From assembly GCA_024679065.1 (NCBI GenBank), contig JAGIQG010000043.1, forward strand, positions 2,480,001 to 2,544,000: DNA of 64,000 nt, in the 5' to 3' direction. The notes under the pieces were generated by a model. That model made no database searches. It had not been told where the DNA came from and saw only the letters and a list, made by a program, of their open reading frames with translations. Source of the stretch: Sphyrna mokarran (taxonomy: Eukaryota). Of the stretch, positions 1-12,665 are shown piece by piece (the stretch's first letter is position 1; each line of letters starts with the position of its first letter). Made by a program: the position numbers and the translations under genes.

Positions 1-336
1 GTGAGAATAAATTAAACTGTAACTTATATACTCTGCACATATCCGCACAATGATTAGCTTGTGGTCCCCTCGGTATGTCAAACCAGTCAAGCTCTGTGTG
101 AATGTTCCATCACTTGACCCTGTGATACGTAGGCGGCGATCACAGTGCATGAAATGCATTCAGCAGCGCAACGTCATCAGTACTATGTCACACTTTCCAT
201 TGTCTCTTGTCACAGTTTCCACCCAATCATAAAGTGCAACAATTAACTGGGTCTGAGACCAGGTCAGTCCTCGGACCTCTCAGCAAAAACAAACTGGTGT
301 GAGTGGAAACAGGGAGATATTGCTCATCTGTGCAAA

Positions 337-391
337 ATGCCCCAGCAATCTTTATCCCTGATACTTATTCTCCATGCGTTGTGGGTTCATG
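337..391 (+). CDS. Gene A exon 1, signal peptide MPQQSLSLILILHALWVH
   Basis: ATG in an AAAATGC context, hydrophobic core, and a phase-1 donor G|GTGAGT typical of Ig/TCR leader exons. Confidence 0.85.
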
Positions 392-3300
392 GTGAGTATT
401 TGCCAGGACAGACATTGTAAATAGCAGCAGCCAAGTTAGTTTTTTCAGCATTAGTGTCACAAGTCGGCTTCCAGGGAAATTTCACATTCCAGTGTTAATG
501 TGAGCCTTACTTGTGACTAGTAATCTTTTGCATCGACACTGCAATGAAGTTACTATGAAAAGACCTTAATCGCCACACTCCTGCGCCACTACGGGTACAC
601 AGAATCAGGATTTAGCACGGCCAATGCACCGAACCAGCACAGCTTTCGGTAAGTGGGAGGAAACACCCATGCAGGCACGGGGAGAACGTGCACAGACAGT
701 GACCCAAGCCAGGAATTGAACCCGGGTCCCCAGCGCTTGAGCCAATGGTGCCAAACACCATGCCGCTCAGCTAGTGCACTGCAAATACGACTGAATGATC
801 GGTCCAAGGATTTTTGGTTTCCTCCTTTCAAGCGAAGAAAATGCAACTTGGGAAATAATCTCCAGAAGTATAATTGAAGATAATAATGAGACTGTTCTTA
901 ATTTACACCGCTTTTTTTTTCAAAAGGCAACTTTCAATATTGAAATATGTGGTAATGTTTGAATAATCTTTCTAGTTACAGATTCCGAGTCCTCTCTACC
1001 TCAAAGGCTCTTCACAGTGACAGCCGAAGTCGGCCAGACGGTGGATTTAACCTGTCAACAAGCATTCGAGGTGGAATCCGTAGCCATCTATTTGTGGTAC
1101 AAACAAAATGTTGATGAAATCCCGAAAGTAATCAATATCCCAACCTGTGATGGGGGCGATTGTAAGTTTATTTCTAAAAAAGGCCACGACAAACGTGAAT
1201 TGATACTGGAAATTCGCAACGCCCAAGCGAATGACTCGGGTTCCTACTACTGTGCTGATAAGGATAGCTATGCGCCGTTCAAGAATGGAACCACACTACT
1301 GGTTGGAGGTAAATGAACAAGTGAAATGAATCCAGGTTATGCACAATAATACCACTTGGTGTAAATTAATCGTTAACTATGTCCCAATTTCTGTCCAGAC
1401 AGTTCCACCAACAAGACGGCTGTGCAAGTATTTGTCCCGCCGGCTGAACTGGATGTGAATGATACCGTGCCCTTAGTGTGTTTGGTCAGTGGAGTTTCTT
1501 CCAACCAGACTGCTATTTTCTGGAATATTTCCGGTCTGGTCACTGAAGGATCGAGTGATCCAGGGACAATGGAGGGGAACGGGACCTACAGCATCAGAAG
1601 TCATGTCATGGTGTCAGGGGTAACTTGGAGAAGCGGCGCTGTCTGCACTTGCATTGTTCAACTGGGGACTCCAGGGGAATTTTCGACGAAAAGTGTGTGG
1701 AAGCCCAAAACAACTGAAAAACGGAAAGGTGAGGTGTTACTCTGTATATTGAAGGATTCTATTCAAATTTAGAGACAATCGGATTAACTCAGTAGACCCC
1801 AGCCATCTGGGGATACATATGTTTGTGTGTGTAAATATATATTTNNNNNNNNNNNNNNNNNNNNNNNNNNNNNNNNNNNNNNNNNNNNNNNNNNNNNNNN
1901 NNNNNNNNNNNNNNNNNNNNNNNNNNNNNNNNNNNNNNNNNNNNNNNNNNNNNNNNNNNNNNNNNNNNNNNNNNNNNNNNTGTGACTGTGTGTGCGTGTG
2001 TGTGTGGATCTGTGTGTGCATCTGTGTGTGTTCGTGTGCTTGTGTGTGTGTGCGTGTGTTTGTGTGTGTGTGCGTGTTTGTGTGCATCAGTGTGCACGCA
2101 GGTACATCTCTGAGCGTATGTGTGTTTCATTTCATTTGATTTATTATTGAACATGCATTACATTACAGTGAAAAGTACAGTTTCTTGAGTACTCTACAGA
2201 CAAAACATGACCTTCATCGAGTCCATAGGGGAGAATGAAAGGAAGGTGTGCAGTATGTAGTGTTACAGTCACTGATAGCGTTTAGAGAAAGATTAGCCTG
2301 TTATAAGGTAGGTCCATTCAAAAACCTAATGGCAGCAGGGAAGAAGTTGTTCTTGAGTCTGTTGGTAGATGATCTCAGACTTCAACACGTGTGTGTATAA
2401 CTGAACGTCAGTGCATGTAGTTATATATCTAAATATGTGTATATAGGTAAATATCTGAGTATGAGTTTCCAATGAGTGTGTATATATAGATATATACCTG
2501 AGCTTGCACGTGCTTATAGATTAATATCTGATGTGCGTGTCTATGTCTTGTCTAAGTAAATATCTGAGTCGAGTGCATGTCAAGGTGTGAGCATAAATAA
2601 ATATCTGAGCGTATGTGTGTCTATTTGCGTGTATCGAAATATATCTGAGCATGTATGTCTTTATGCATGTATGGAAAATATCTAAATATGTTTGTGCAAA
2701 TGTACGCATATAGAGAAATATGTGAGTCTGTTTGTCTGCGTTTCTCTATACATAAGTATCTGAGTGTTTGTTTATCGATATATATCTGAGCGTTTGTATG
2801 CGTTTAACAATTGTTAAAATATGTCAGACTGCATTGAGTTGCACCTGTCCAGGATAGGTTCGTGTTTAATACGCACTTACCCGTTTCGCCTTATATTCCT
2901 GAAAATAGGTAAGAACTTTTGAGCAATGCACCCAGAAAGATCTCATTCAGCCCATGCTGAGACTCGCTCTTCAAAACAGCGATGCTGTTCTGCTCACCAT
3001 TGCTCCCATACTTCTTTCAGGTTTTCTCCTTCATGTCTAGAAGTGATTTCCCTTTTGAAGTTTATTATTTACTCCCACCATCCTGTTCGAGAGGTGAATC
3101 TAGGAATGAAGGTGAGATCAGTTCTATACTGCAGGCACCTCACAAACAGACCATAGACAAGAAGTGAAATTGACATCTTTACCCAGAAGGGCGGTGAGCT
3201 AATTTACCTCACTTTGCTCCTGGATGACTTTTCACATACAAGTGCAGTTAAATTCGCAACATGACGTCAATAATTCTAAAAATCATCATTAATCACTCAT

Positions 3301-6300
3301 GATTGTATGGAAGTGGGATCGATGGGCTAAATGAATTATTTCTCTTGGATATGAATTAAGAGCAAATATTGAACTTAGATCGTTGGAAACGAATGCAACT
3401 CTTCCATCACACGGTAAATAATACCTGGCCTTGAGACTATACAAATCATACAATCCTTCAGTGCAGCAGGAGGGACATTTAGCTCATGAAGTCTTCCCCG
3501 ATTCTCATCTTACTCGGGGCCTATCCGCGTAGCCCCACGTATTTACCCACGAATCCCCCTAAGCTATACATCTTGGGACACAAAGGGGCGGTTTCACATG
3601 ACAAGTCTACTTAACATGCGCATTATGGACAATTAAGGGGCAATTTAGCATGGCAAATCCACCTCAACTGCAAATTACTGCACGCTAAGGGGCAATTCAG
3701 CTTGTCAATCTAACAAAATCACACATGGATGGACATTAAAGGGCAAATTAGTTTGCCTTTCTTTGGACTGTGGGAGGAAAGGAGAGCACCTGAAAAAAAG
3801 ACATATAGAGAGAGGGGGAAATGTGTTAACTCCACTCAGACAAGCACCCAAGGCGGGAATCGAACGTGGTTCCCTGGCCCTGTGAGAACCACTGTACCAC
3901 TATGTGCCACCTGTAAATCATTGGAGATGATAGACTGTTAGGAAAGCATAGAAGATCCAGAGATTCGAAATCGAATCACAGAATTGAAAAGGAGTGAAGC
4001 AAGTCTAGACTTGTTGTTGCCTTAGAAGAACTGTCAGCATAATCGGGGGCCCCACTCAGCCCGGACATTATTGCTTCCACCTTCTTTCATTGGGAAAAAA
4101 ATACCAAACTTTGAGATCATGTACCAACAGATTTAAGAGCCCTTCTCCCTTGCTGCCGTCAGACCTTATACAAAACCAGAAAATGCTGGAAAATCTCAGA
4201 AGTTCTGACGGCATCTGTGGGTAGAAAATTAAGCAGACATTTTGAGTCTAGACGCACCTTCTTCCAAGCTCCGACGAAAAGTTCTGTGGACTCGAAACGT
4301 TGGTTCTATTCTGTCCCTTCAAACGCTGTCAGAGCTGCTGAAATTTTCCAGTATTTTATGTTTTCCTTCCATAATCCAGCATCCGCAGTATTTTGCTTTT
4401 ACTTTATATCAAGCTGATTTTTCTCTACACCACAGCTGTGAAGGGGACAATATATTCTGCATCTTCACATTTCTTTCTCCCTTCTGTGGTCTATGAACGG
4501 TGTGTCTTGTCTGTGTAGCGTACAAAAGAAAATATTTTTTTCACTGTATCACAATAAATGTGACAAGAATAAATCAAACCACATCAAATCAAATCTATGT
4601 ATGCTGTGAAATATATGTGTTGTATGTTCAGCGTGCAAGAAACAATAGGTTTCACTACACATCCATAGAGATGACAACAGTAACGCATCAAATCAACAGC
4701 GTTGAATTTTGCAGAATTCTAAGTCGGTCTTAATTGTGGTCAGTCACCGGCAACGCAATTTATACGAAATATGAAGGGAGTACAGAAAAACTATTCACCA
4801 AATGGTCATAAAAATGAGGCATTTCAGTCAACTGGATCACGTGGACAAGCGAGGGTTGATTTCCTGAAATAGCTGAAGGTTAAGAGGAGATGTGAGAAAT
4901 GTGGTGAAAATCCTGAATTGTCTGGACAGAGCAACGAAGATGAATCGATTCACAAAGGCGGAGAGAGCCGCGAACAAGGAGACATCAATTTAAGTAGATT
5001 GAAAAAGTAACAATGGCGGCATGAAAGACAATTAAATATCTCTCCCTATCAACTTGATTTGACTTGATTTGATTTATGATTATCACATGTATTTGGAAAA
5101 TGTAGAAAGTGTTGTTTCTTGCGCGTTTGAAAGATAAAGAATACCGTTCATAGAGTACATAGATTTGATTTGATTTATTGTTGTCACATGCATTGGGATA
5201 CTGTGAAAAATGTTGTTTCCTGCACGCAATAAATGTCAAGCATATTGTTGATAGAGTACATAGACTTAAACTAGAAAGAGTGCAGAAAAGATTTACTAGG
5301 ATGCCACTGGTTCTTGATGGGTTGAATTATAAGGACAGGCTGGATAGACTGGGGCTTTTTTTTACTGGAGCGTAGGGGGCTGAGTGGTCACCTCAGATTG
5401 GTCTATTAAATAATGAGGGGCACAGGTCAGCTAGATAGTCAATACATTTTCCCAAAGATAGGGTAGTCTAAAACTTAAGGGCATAGGTTTTAGCTGACAG
5501 GGCAGAGATACAAAATCATCCAGAGTGGCATTTTTTTTCACACTGAGAGTGGTGAGTGGCTGGAACAAGCTGCCAGAGGTGGTATTAGAGGCGGGTACAA
5601 TTTTATCTTTTAAAAAAGCATTTAGATAGTTACATGCATACGTTGGGTGCAGAGGGATATGGGCCACATGCGGGCAACTTGGACTAACTTCGGGAATTAA
5701 TAAAAAGGTGGCATTGAAAAAATGGGCCAAAGGGTCTGTTTCCATCCTATAAACTCAATGTTTCTATGACTCCATGACTTGATTTGATTTATTATTGTCT
5801 CATGTATTGGGATAATCTAAAACAGAGATGAGGAGGAATCAACCAGACAGTGGCGAATCGGTGGAACTTTTTGCAGCAGAACAATGTAGAAACCAGGTCA
5901 TTGAGTATCTTTAAGACAAAGATAGATAGTTTCTTGATTAATAAGGGGATAAGGGTTATGGGGAAAAGGTAGGAGAATGGGGGTGAGAAACATATCAGCT
6001 ATAATGGAATGGCGGTGCAGAATCATGGACCGAGTGTCCTAATTGTGATCCTCGGTCTTAGAAACTTACAATTTAATACAATCTAATACATTGTGAACTT
6101 GGAACAACTCTGACAGTGCTGTCATTTAGTTGACCTCCACAAGCAAATATTGTCTCATCAATTCTATTCTGTGTCTTCAATCTCCACTCTCCATCCTACC
6201 AGTTGTGTTTCATTTCCCACATTCCCCCACCCCACCCCCTTGTTTTGGCGACTATGCAGTTTTAACTTGGTCTGAGAACCCCAAAAAAGGATTTTTTGAC

Positions 6301-9300
6301 GGATTGCAATTTCTAAGTATTTTTTTTTCGATAGAGTGGTGCAGAGAGGTAATTCCTGTTGGAATAACTGTCCTGGTCATGTTGATTCTGCTGCCGGTCC
6401 TTATTTCCATTTGGATTTGTAAAAATGGCAGATCAGGTGAGGATTAATGATTATCTGAGACACTTTAATACATTTTCCTCAATATGATTTCATCTTTGCA
6501 GTTTTCAATTAGCTCATTATATGTTCTATTTTAGAAGACAGAGATATAGGATCCCAGAATGAAACGTGAGTAAGAGAACAATGTGCAAAGTTCAACATTG
6601 TTCATTTTCCTCTTTGTTACATTTTTTTTTTCAGAATTATTTCAATCCAAAAATTGATTCCAGATGTGTGCCTCTATTTTCTATGATTTATGTAAGATGA
6701 CTGGAGAACCCTACTTTCAACAATTTGCAGCATCTGAGATAGGATAACCAAGATATAACATTTATTTGGTATTGTTTTCTCACATCCAATTTTAGCTTGA
6801 GCAAGAGAAAGCAGCGAGAGGGACATAAGGAGCGACAAATGGGTAAGATTCTTTTGAATGTTGGCAGCGATTAAATGTCAGAATTCTTTAAAAAAATGAA
6901 GTGGAAATTAATTGGTAGATGTGTTTCTATGATTAAAGCACCAGTTGATTGGTACTGACAGTAAACATGCTGAGGCATGTTTGATAGAAAAGTTGAATAA
7001 ATGGAGCACTTGAGTTTTGCAAACAAAAACATCATTGAGGTTTTTGGCCTTGTATTCATTGGTACAAAAAAACACAACAATAATACCTATATAATGGAAA
7101 CAGTTATTCATTCTACCTGAGAAGACGATTTTCCTGTTTAGCAAAATGACTCTGATTTCCTGCAGCCTTTTTAATGGAGAATGATACAGTTAACTGATAA
7201 TTGCCAGTTCTCTGCCTACATTTGTTAACATAAAAACTAGAAGGAGGAGTACGCCATTCGGCCCTTCGAACCTGCTCTGTTATTCATTATGACCACGCTG
7301 ATAATCAAACTCAACATCCTGATCCCTCTTCCCCTCAGACCATTTCATCCCGTTAGTCCCAAGAGCTATCTCTAATTTCTTCCTGAAATCACATAACGTT
7401 TTGCCCTCAACTATATTCTGTGGTAGTGAATTCCACACATTCACCACCTTCTGAATGAAGACATTTCTCATCACTCCAGTTCTGAAAGCTTTCGCCCTGC
7501 AACATCAAACTATTATCCCTTATACTCGACTTCTTCACCATCAGGAACATTGCTTCTCAATCTGTCCTATTCAATCTTGTCAGAGTTTCCTTGACGTTTC
7601 CCCTCACTCTTCTAAACTCCAGTGAATACAACCCTACCCGGCTTAGTCTCTCCTCATATAACAGACCCACCATCGAGAATTAGCTGTTAAACCTTCACTA
7701 CTCACCCTCTATAGCAAGGACATCATTCCTCAGATAAGGATACCAGAACTGCACATATCGCTTCTCACCAACGCCCTGTACAATTGTAGTCAAATATCTC
7801 ATTCCTGTACTCAAATCATCTCGCTATCAATGACAGCATGTCATTTGCCTGCTGAAGAGGTCGTTTGACTGTTTGGTCAAAGCACTGGCCCAAGGAATGA
7901 ACCAACCAGGGAATGGCTGTCCCCTCCTTTGTTTAGTTGGATTCGCCACAATGTGTGCACTTACTATGTCTGTCCACAGCGTGTGTTCCTTACCTTCAGC
8001 AAATGCAACAATCACTCTTGCAGCGGTTGGTTTCATGAACGGGGAAATTGTTGATGTTAACACAGATGATAGAAATCCTACAGTACAGAAACAGGCCATT
8101 TGCTCCAATCGAGTCTGTACTAAACACAATTCCACCAGCTTCTACTCCAATATTCTCCCGCTAATCCCTCTAACATTCGCATCTCAGGACACTAAGGGTT
8201 AACTTTAGCACGGCCAATCAACCTAAGCCGCACATCTTTGGACTGTGAGAGGAGACCGGAACACCCGGAGGAAACCCATGCAGACACGAGGGGAATGTGC
8301 AAACTCTACACAGGCAGTGACCCAAGCCAGGAATCGAACTCAGGTCCCTGGAGCTGTGAAGCAGCAGTGCTAACCACTGTACTACCATGCCGCCTTCTGG
8401 TGGACAACAAGCGAAAGCTAATGGCGTGAGATCTCCCTCATTAATCCATTGGCCACTTAACATAGAAAAATTCAAAATAAGAGCAGAAAGATTCCAGCCT
8501 GTCCTTTGCTCCTGCTTTGCCATTCACCATGATCATAGCTGATCACCCAACTCAATAGCCTGTTCGCGCCTTCTCCCCACATCTTTTGGTCCCTTCACCT
8601 GCAATGCCATTTCTAACTGCCTCTGAAGAATTGTGGAATATTTGTCACGTTGGCGAAATTTAAGTGGGCTGTGTGTTAATGATTGTAGCCTAGCAACCTA
8701 AAGCAGCGGCACGGTGGCACAGTATTAGCACATCTCTCCCGCAAAATGAGGGACCTTTGTTCGATTCTGAGTTTGGGTATCTGTATATGCCGAGTCTGCA
8801 TGTTTTCCCTGTGTGTGTGTGTGTGTGTGTTTTTTTCCGGGTGCTCCGCCCACAGTCCAAATGAGGTGCTACTTAGGTGAGTTGGCGATGCTAAATTCTT
8901 TCTCAGTGGAGGAAAACAAGTACCGGGATGTGGCGAGGGAGAGATTTTTACAGTAATATTTTTGCAGAGTTAATGTAAGCCCACTTCTGATTCTATTAAA
9001 CATACTTTAAACTGTTGACATACAAGTGGTTATTGGCGCGCGATGTTTGTATGTACTTACAGATTCTACAGCTTGGATGGTATTTCAATTCATAGTTTAA
9101 CCCTTAACATACAGGGGATCACGGTCAAACAGAGACAATCTTGAAAACGCAACGTAGAATAGAGGTGAGTGCATTGAACCCTTGTAATAAAATATATTGA
9201 AATGAATTTTGGGAAACAGTCTTTTATTTTAATCATTTCTGTTGAATATATTTCCCAGTCTCAGGGTGGACCTCTCTACGCCTCCCTGGATTTGGCTGCA

Positions 9301-9336
9301 TTGGAAAAAAGGTCAAAAAAGAAGATTGGGAAATGA
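337..9336 (+). CDS. Gene A: non-rearranging antigen-receptor-like IgSF type I membrane protein (L-VJ-C1-TM-Cyt), join(337..391,976..1308,1399..1728,6335..6436,6535..6565,6796..6842,9115..9164,9259..9336), 341 aa
   Basis: All introns are GT..AG with matching phases (1,1,1,1,2,1,0). The total is 1026 nt, an open frame from ATG337 to TGA9334-9336. It encodes a signal peptide, V-set domain, C1-set domain, hydrophobic TM and a tail ending PLYASLDLAALEKRSKKKIGK*. AATAAA signals lie at 9727 and 9736. Confidence 0.85.
976..1308 (+). CDS. Gene A exon 2, V-set Ig domain with germline-joined J-like G strand
   Basis: Acceptor tctttctag| (an in-frame alternative starts at 982). Motifs: VGQTVDLTC, WYKQ, LEIRNAQANDSGSYYC, FKNGTTLLV. 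Donor G|GTAAAT. Confidence 0.95.
1399..1728 (+). CDS. Gene A exon 3, C1-set Ig domain
   Basis: Acceptor ctgtccag|. Motifs: VFVPP, LVCLVSG, IFWN, GTYSIRS, TWRSGAVCTC. Donor G|GTGAGG. Confidence 0.95.
1845..1980. other. Assembly gap (136 N) in gene A intron 3, next to a (TG)n tract
   Basis: Run of N. Confidence 1.
1981..2130. repeat. Degenerate (TG)n microsatellite
   Basis: Direct reading. Confidence 0.95.
4170..4370. repeat. Imperfect inverted repeat, Penelope-like remnant
   Basis: AAAATGCTGGAAAATCTCAG...CTGACGGCATCTG is matched by ACGCTGTCAGAGCTGCTGAAATTTTCCAGTATTTT. Single arms occur near 40150 and 57050. Confidence 0.6.
5270..6060 (+). mobile_element. Two older CR1 3' fragments in gene A intron 3
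   Basis: LERVQKRFTRM...LDRLGLF motif and decayed CR1 3' ends. Confidence 0.8.
6335..6436 (+). CDS. Gene A exon 4, Cys stalk plus transmembrane helix (EWCREVIPVGITVLVMLILLPVLISIWICKNGRS)
   Basis: T-rich acceptor, a run of about 23 hydrophobic residues, basic stop-transfer residues, phase 1-1, donor G|GTGAGG. Confidence 0.88.
6535..6842 (+). CDS. Gene A cytoplasmic exons 5 (6535..6565) and 6 (6796..6842)
   Basis: Sites: ttttag|AAGAC...GAAAC|gtgagt and ttttag|CTTGAGC...ATGG|gtaaga. Phases 1-2 and 2-1 give an open frame EDRDIGSQNETLSKRKQREGHKERQM. Confidence 0.75.
7240..7850 (-). mobile_element. Old CR1 3' fragment in gene A intron 6
   Basis: RNVFIQKVVNVWNSLP motif and a GCCATTCGGCCCTTCG tail. 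Confidence 0.8.
8070..8394 (-). mobile_element. HE1/V-SINE-type tRNA-derived SINE
   Basis: tRNA head GGCGGCATGGTAGTACAGTGGTTAGC...GTTCGATTCC, central GAGTTTGCACATTC...CCGGT.TCCTC core, and a CR1-like 3' tail. Confidence 0.88.
8703..9000 (+). mobile_element. V-SINE variant with a different 3' tail
   Basis: tRNA head plus core, then TGTGGCGA...CAGTAA...GTTAATGTAAGCC.ACTT. The same tail occurs at 500..770(-) and 47230..47510(+). Confidence 0.7.
9115..9336 (+). CDS. Gene A cytoplasmic exons 7 (9115..9164) and 8 (9259..9336, YASL motif and stop)
   Basis: Sites: acag|GGGATC...ATAGAG|gtgagt and tttcccag|TCTCAG...AAATGA. Translation GDHGQTETILKTQRRIE/SQGGPLYASLDLAALEKRSKKKIGK*. Confidence 0.78.
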
Positions 9337-9726
9337 GAATCGGGGTGTTTTGTCTGTGATGTATTATACAGGAGACTGGAATTACCAATGTATGTTCTGC
9401 CCTGTGGAAATCAACATGGGAGCAAGTACATCCCCGTCAAACTGCTGAACGTTCCTCGCATACTGACCACAGATTGGAAAGACTGGCTCATTTTGTCAAA
9501 TATGTAACAAGTTTTTTCAGCATTGTGAAAGATGTTCTACAATATCAAGGCCATGCAAGTGTGAAGTAACACACGAAGTAATTCCCTTTTTTTGTCTTGA
9601 AATCTTCAATGGCATATTCTGTAACTCCAGTTACTAATGCGATTGTTAATTGTTTGAAAATTCCTTTGTGCAGATAAAATCAATTTTTCTTCGACTATAA
9701 CGCTGCATCAAATAGTTCTATTAACT

Positions 9727-9741
9727 AATAAATGAAATAAA
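9727..9741 (+). terminator. Tandem polyadenylation signals of gene A
   Basis: AATAAA at 9727-9732 and 9736-9741, about 400 nt after the stop codon. Confidence 0.6.
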
Positions 9742-9869
9742 GCAGAAGACAGACAGACTTCATTTGGCTCTGCTTATAACACAGCGGCCAAAACAATTTA
9801 AAACCAAACCTTCTCATCTGATTGGCACACTTTTATTCTCCGCCTACCAATGACATCACCTAAGGCTAT

Positions 9870-10712
9870 GAACATAGAACATAGAACACTACAGCACAGA
9901 ACAGGCCCTTCGGCCTTCGATGTTGCGCCGACCAATATAAAAAGCAATGCCCCTCCAAACTAAACCATTCCCTTCTCTTCCATATACTTATCAACTAACC
10001 TCTTAAACGCCACCAAACTTGGCGCATCTACAACTGCTGCAGGCAGGGCATTCCACTCCCGAACCACCCTTTGGGTAAAGAACCTACCTCTGATATCCGT
10101 CCTATAACTATCACCCCTTAATTTAAAGCTGTGTCCCCTCGTGCTAGCTTTCTCCATCCTAGGAAAAAGGCTATCACTGTCCACCCTATCTAAACCTCTA
10201 ATCATCTTATATGTTTCGATAAGGTCTCCTCTTAGCCGCCTCCTTTCTAACGAAAACAACCTCAAATCCCTCAGCCTCTCCTCATAAGACCTGCCCTCCA
10301 TACCAGGCAACATCCTGGTAAACCTCCTCTGTACCCTCTCCAATGCCTCCACATCTTTCTTATAATGCGGGGACCAGAACTGCACACAATACTCCAAGTG
10401 CGGCCGCACTAGAGTTTTGTACAGTTGCAACATGACGTTGCGGCTCCGAAATTCAATCCCCCTACCAATAAAAGCTAAGACTCCATATGCCTTCTTAACA
10501 ACCTTCTCGACTTGACTGCCTACTTTCAGGGATCTATGCACATACACACCAAGATCCCTCTGTTCATCAAGACTACTAAGAATCCTACCATTAGCCCTAT
10601 ACTCTACACATTTATTATTTCTGCCATAGTGCATTACCTCACATTTTTCAACATTAAACTCCATTTGCCACCTCTTGGCCCAGCTCTGCAACTTGTCTAA
10701 GTCCCTCTGCAA
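9870..10712 (-). mobile_element. 5'-truncated CR1 copy
   Basis: 250-aa RT C-terminal ORF; (CATAGAA)n tail on the + strand. Confidence 0.95.
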
Positions 10713-11059
10713 TGAGCTGAGAAAAACTATCTGTGAGAGCTGCAGAGATCATGATTTAAATAAAAACAATCTTTTCTTAAAGGAATGCTAACGTCACACC
10801 CATCAAACTCTAACTGTGTGTTGGATGTTGGAACACCTCCTGGAAATCCCTTCATTCACAGTCCCGCACCACATGAAGGAGAGGAATGGGAAGGGTGAGT
10901 TCACGCAAGGGTCAGGATCCCTAGCAGCAGCTGGAAGAAATGTTTCCAAGTAATCCATATTAAAACCTGCCGCAGTCCTGACACACACAGCGGAAGCTGC
11001 AAAAAGAACGATGCTCGCTGTCCCCTCATGCCAGCTGCTTTTTCCTTTTCATATCCAGA

Positions 11060-12080
11060 TCTCACTGTATAAAACGCTGGTTCGACCTCATTTGGAATAC
11101 TGCGTCCAGTTCTGGTTGCCTTACTACTGGAAGGACGTGGAGACTCTGGAGAGAGTGCAGAGGAGGTTTACCAGGATGCTGCCTGGTATGGAATGTCCAA
11201 GTTACGAGGAGAGATTAGGCAAATTAGGACTGTTTTCCTTAGAAAGACGTAGACTTAGAGGAGTTCTGATAGAGGTGTACAAGATTATGAAGGGGATAGA
11301 TAGAGTAAACAGGGTTAAGCTCTGTTCTCGGAATGACTCAAATACCACGAGGGGTCACGGGCTTAGGGTGAGGGGGGTAAAGTACAATTTGGATGCTGGA
11401 GGGGTTTTTTTCACACAGAGAGCGGTGGAGGCATGGAATGCACTGCCAAGTAAAGTGGTGGAGGCAGGTACTTTGGAGTTATTTAAGAAATACTTAGATG
11501 GGCACATGAACAGAATGGGAATGGAGGGATATAGAAAACTGGTTTAAACTAGGGATCATGAGCCTTTGGATTCCCTGGGAAGTGTGGAAATAGATGATAT
11601 TGATGTACCTGTTTTTATCTTACAGGTGCTTTGGTCCACCTTGTTTTCTAACGAGGGGCATACACGGGATGGGTCGTGAGAAGACTGCTCTTTGATCTTT
11701 TTCGAGAGTATCCTAGTGTTTCACGTCGTTAGTTTACGCTTGACCTGGACCATTTGATGGGCAACACGACAGCTCAGTGACTATCGGTGTGCTGGGCAGA
11801 TACATGGATTTGGGCCTGTGTCTGTGGGAGTTTGCGCATTCTCCCCGTGCTTGCGTGGGTTTCCTCCGGGCGCTCCGGTTTCCTCCCACATCCCAAATAT
11901 GTGCTCTTAGGCTAATTGGCAAAACAAATTCTCCCTAAATTGTCTCAAAGTTGGTTTTTAATTCATAGATCTGTAAACATGGACAGGGATCGTGGGTAGA
12001 GGTGGGAACATTGGGGTGGCGGCGCGGGCTCGTTGGGCCGAAGGGCTTTTTCCCCGTGCTGTTTTGTTCTTTGTTCTTTG
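11060..12080 (+). mobile_element. 5'-truncated CR1 with long 3' UTR containing a V-SINE-like core
   Basis: ORF LVRPHLEYC...GMEGY, then a UTR with GAGTTTGCGCATTCTCCCCGTG...CCGGTTTCCTCCCACA, and a GTTCTTT tail. A related copy lies at 23270..23920 (-). Confidence 0.9.
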
Positions 12081-12477
12081 CATGACATTAACGGCCCAGG
12101 AAATTTGCTCGGACTTAGCAAAGAGCGTGCTGGAAGTTCAGATTCTAAACAATGCCAGTGTCACTCAGTCACTGCAGCCCAACTTCCCCGGACGTTCACA
12201 TCTCTGACTGAAGGAAAATTTTAGCCTTCACCACTTTCCGCAAATCTAGGATGGTATGAAGGCAGGAATGATGGGGACAGGAGGGCATGGTACAATTAGG
12301 GAGGACAAAGGGCAAAGGACTCACCGTAAAAATTGGATGATGGGGATAGAAACTGCTGTAATACATGTGAACAGTGAGGAAATGCTGAAGGTTGGCTTCC
12401 TCCTACTATTGAATCACATTGGAATGAGGGAAGACGTTAGAGATCAATGATTGGTAGGATAGAAAATTCTTTCTCAC

Positions 12478-12665
12478 CATCTCTCTCTCTCTCTGTCTTT
12501 CTGTCTCTCTCTCTCGCTCTCACTCAGTCACCGTCTCTCTCTCTCTCTCTCTCTCAGCAAGTCTTTCTCTCGCACACACACCGTGCCTCTCCTCTCTCTC
12601 TCTCTATCTCTCTCTGTCTTCCTGTCTCTATCCCTCTATCTATCTATCTACCTATGTATGTATCC
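12478..12665. repeat. (CT)n/(CTAT)n microsatellite
   Basis: Direct reading. Confidence 0.95.

Noticed and set aside
976-1728. Calling genes A and B germline-joined Ig light chains or TCR chains
   Set aside because: Light chains have no TM or tail exons. TCR chains need RSS-flanked segments, basic TM residues and a very short tail. Neither fits.
8218-8523. Recurrent short ORFs such as HPEETHADTGRMCKL and VSAWVSSGCSGFLP
   Set aside because: They are translations of the SINE core, not genes. The tRNA-like heads are SINE promoters, not tRNA genes.
9316-9333. C-terminal KKKIGK as a dilysine ER-retrieval signal
   Set aside because: Position -3 is Ile, so it matches neither KKxx nor KxKxx.
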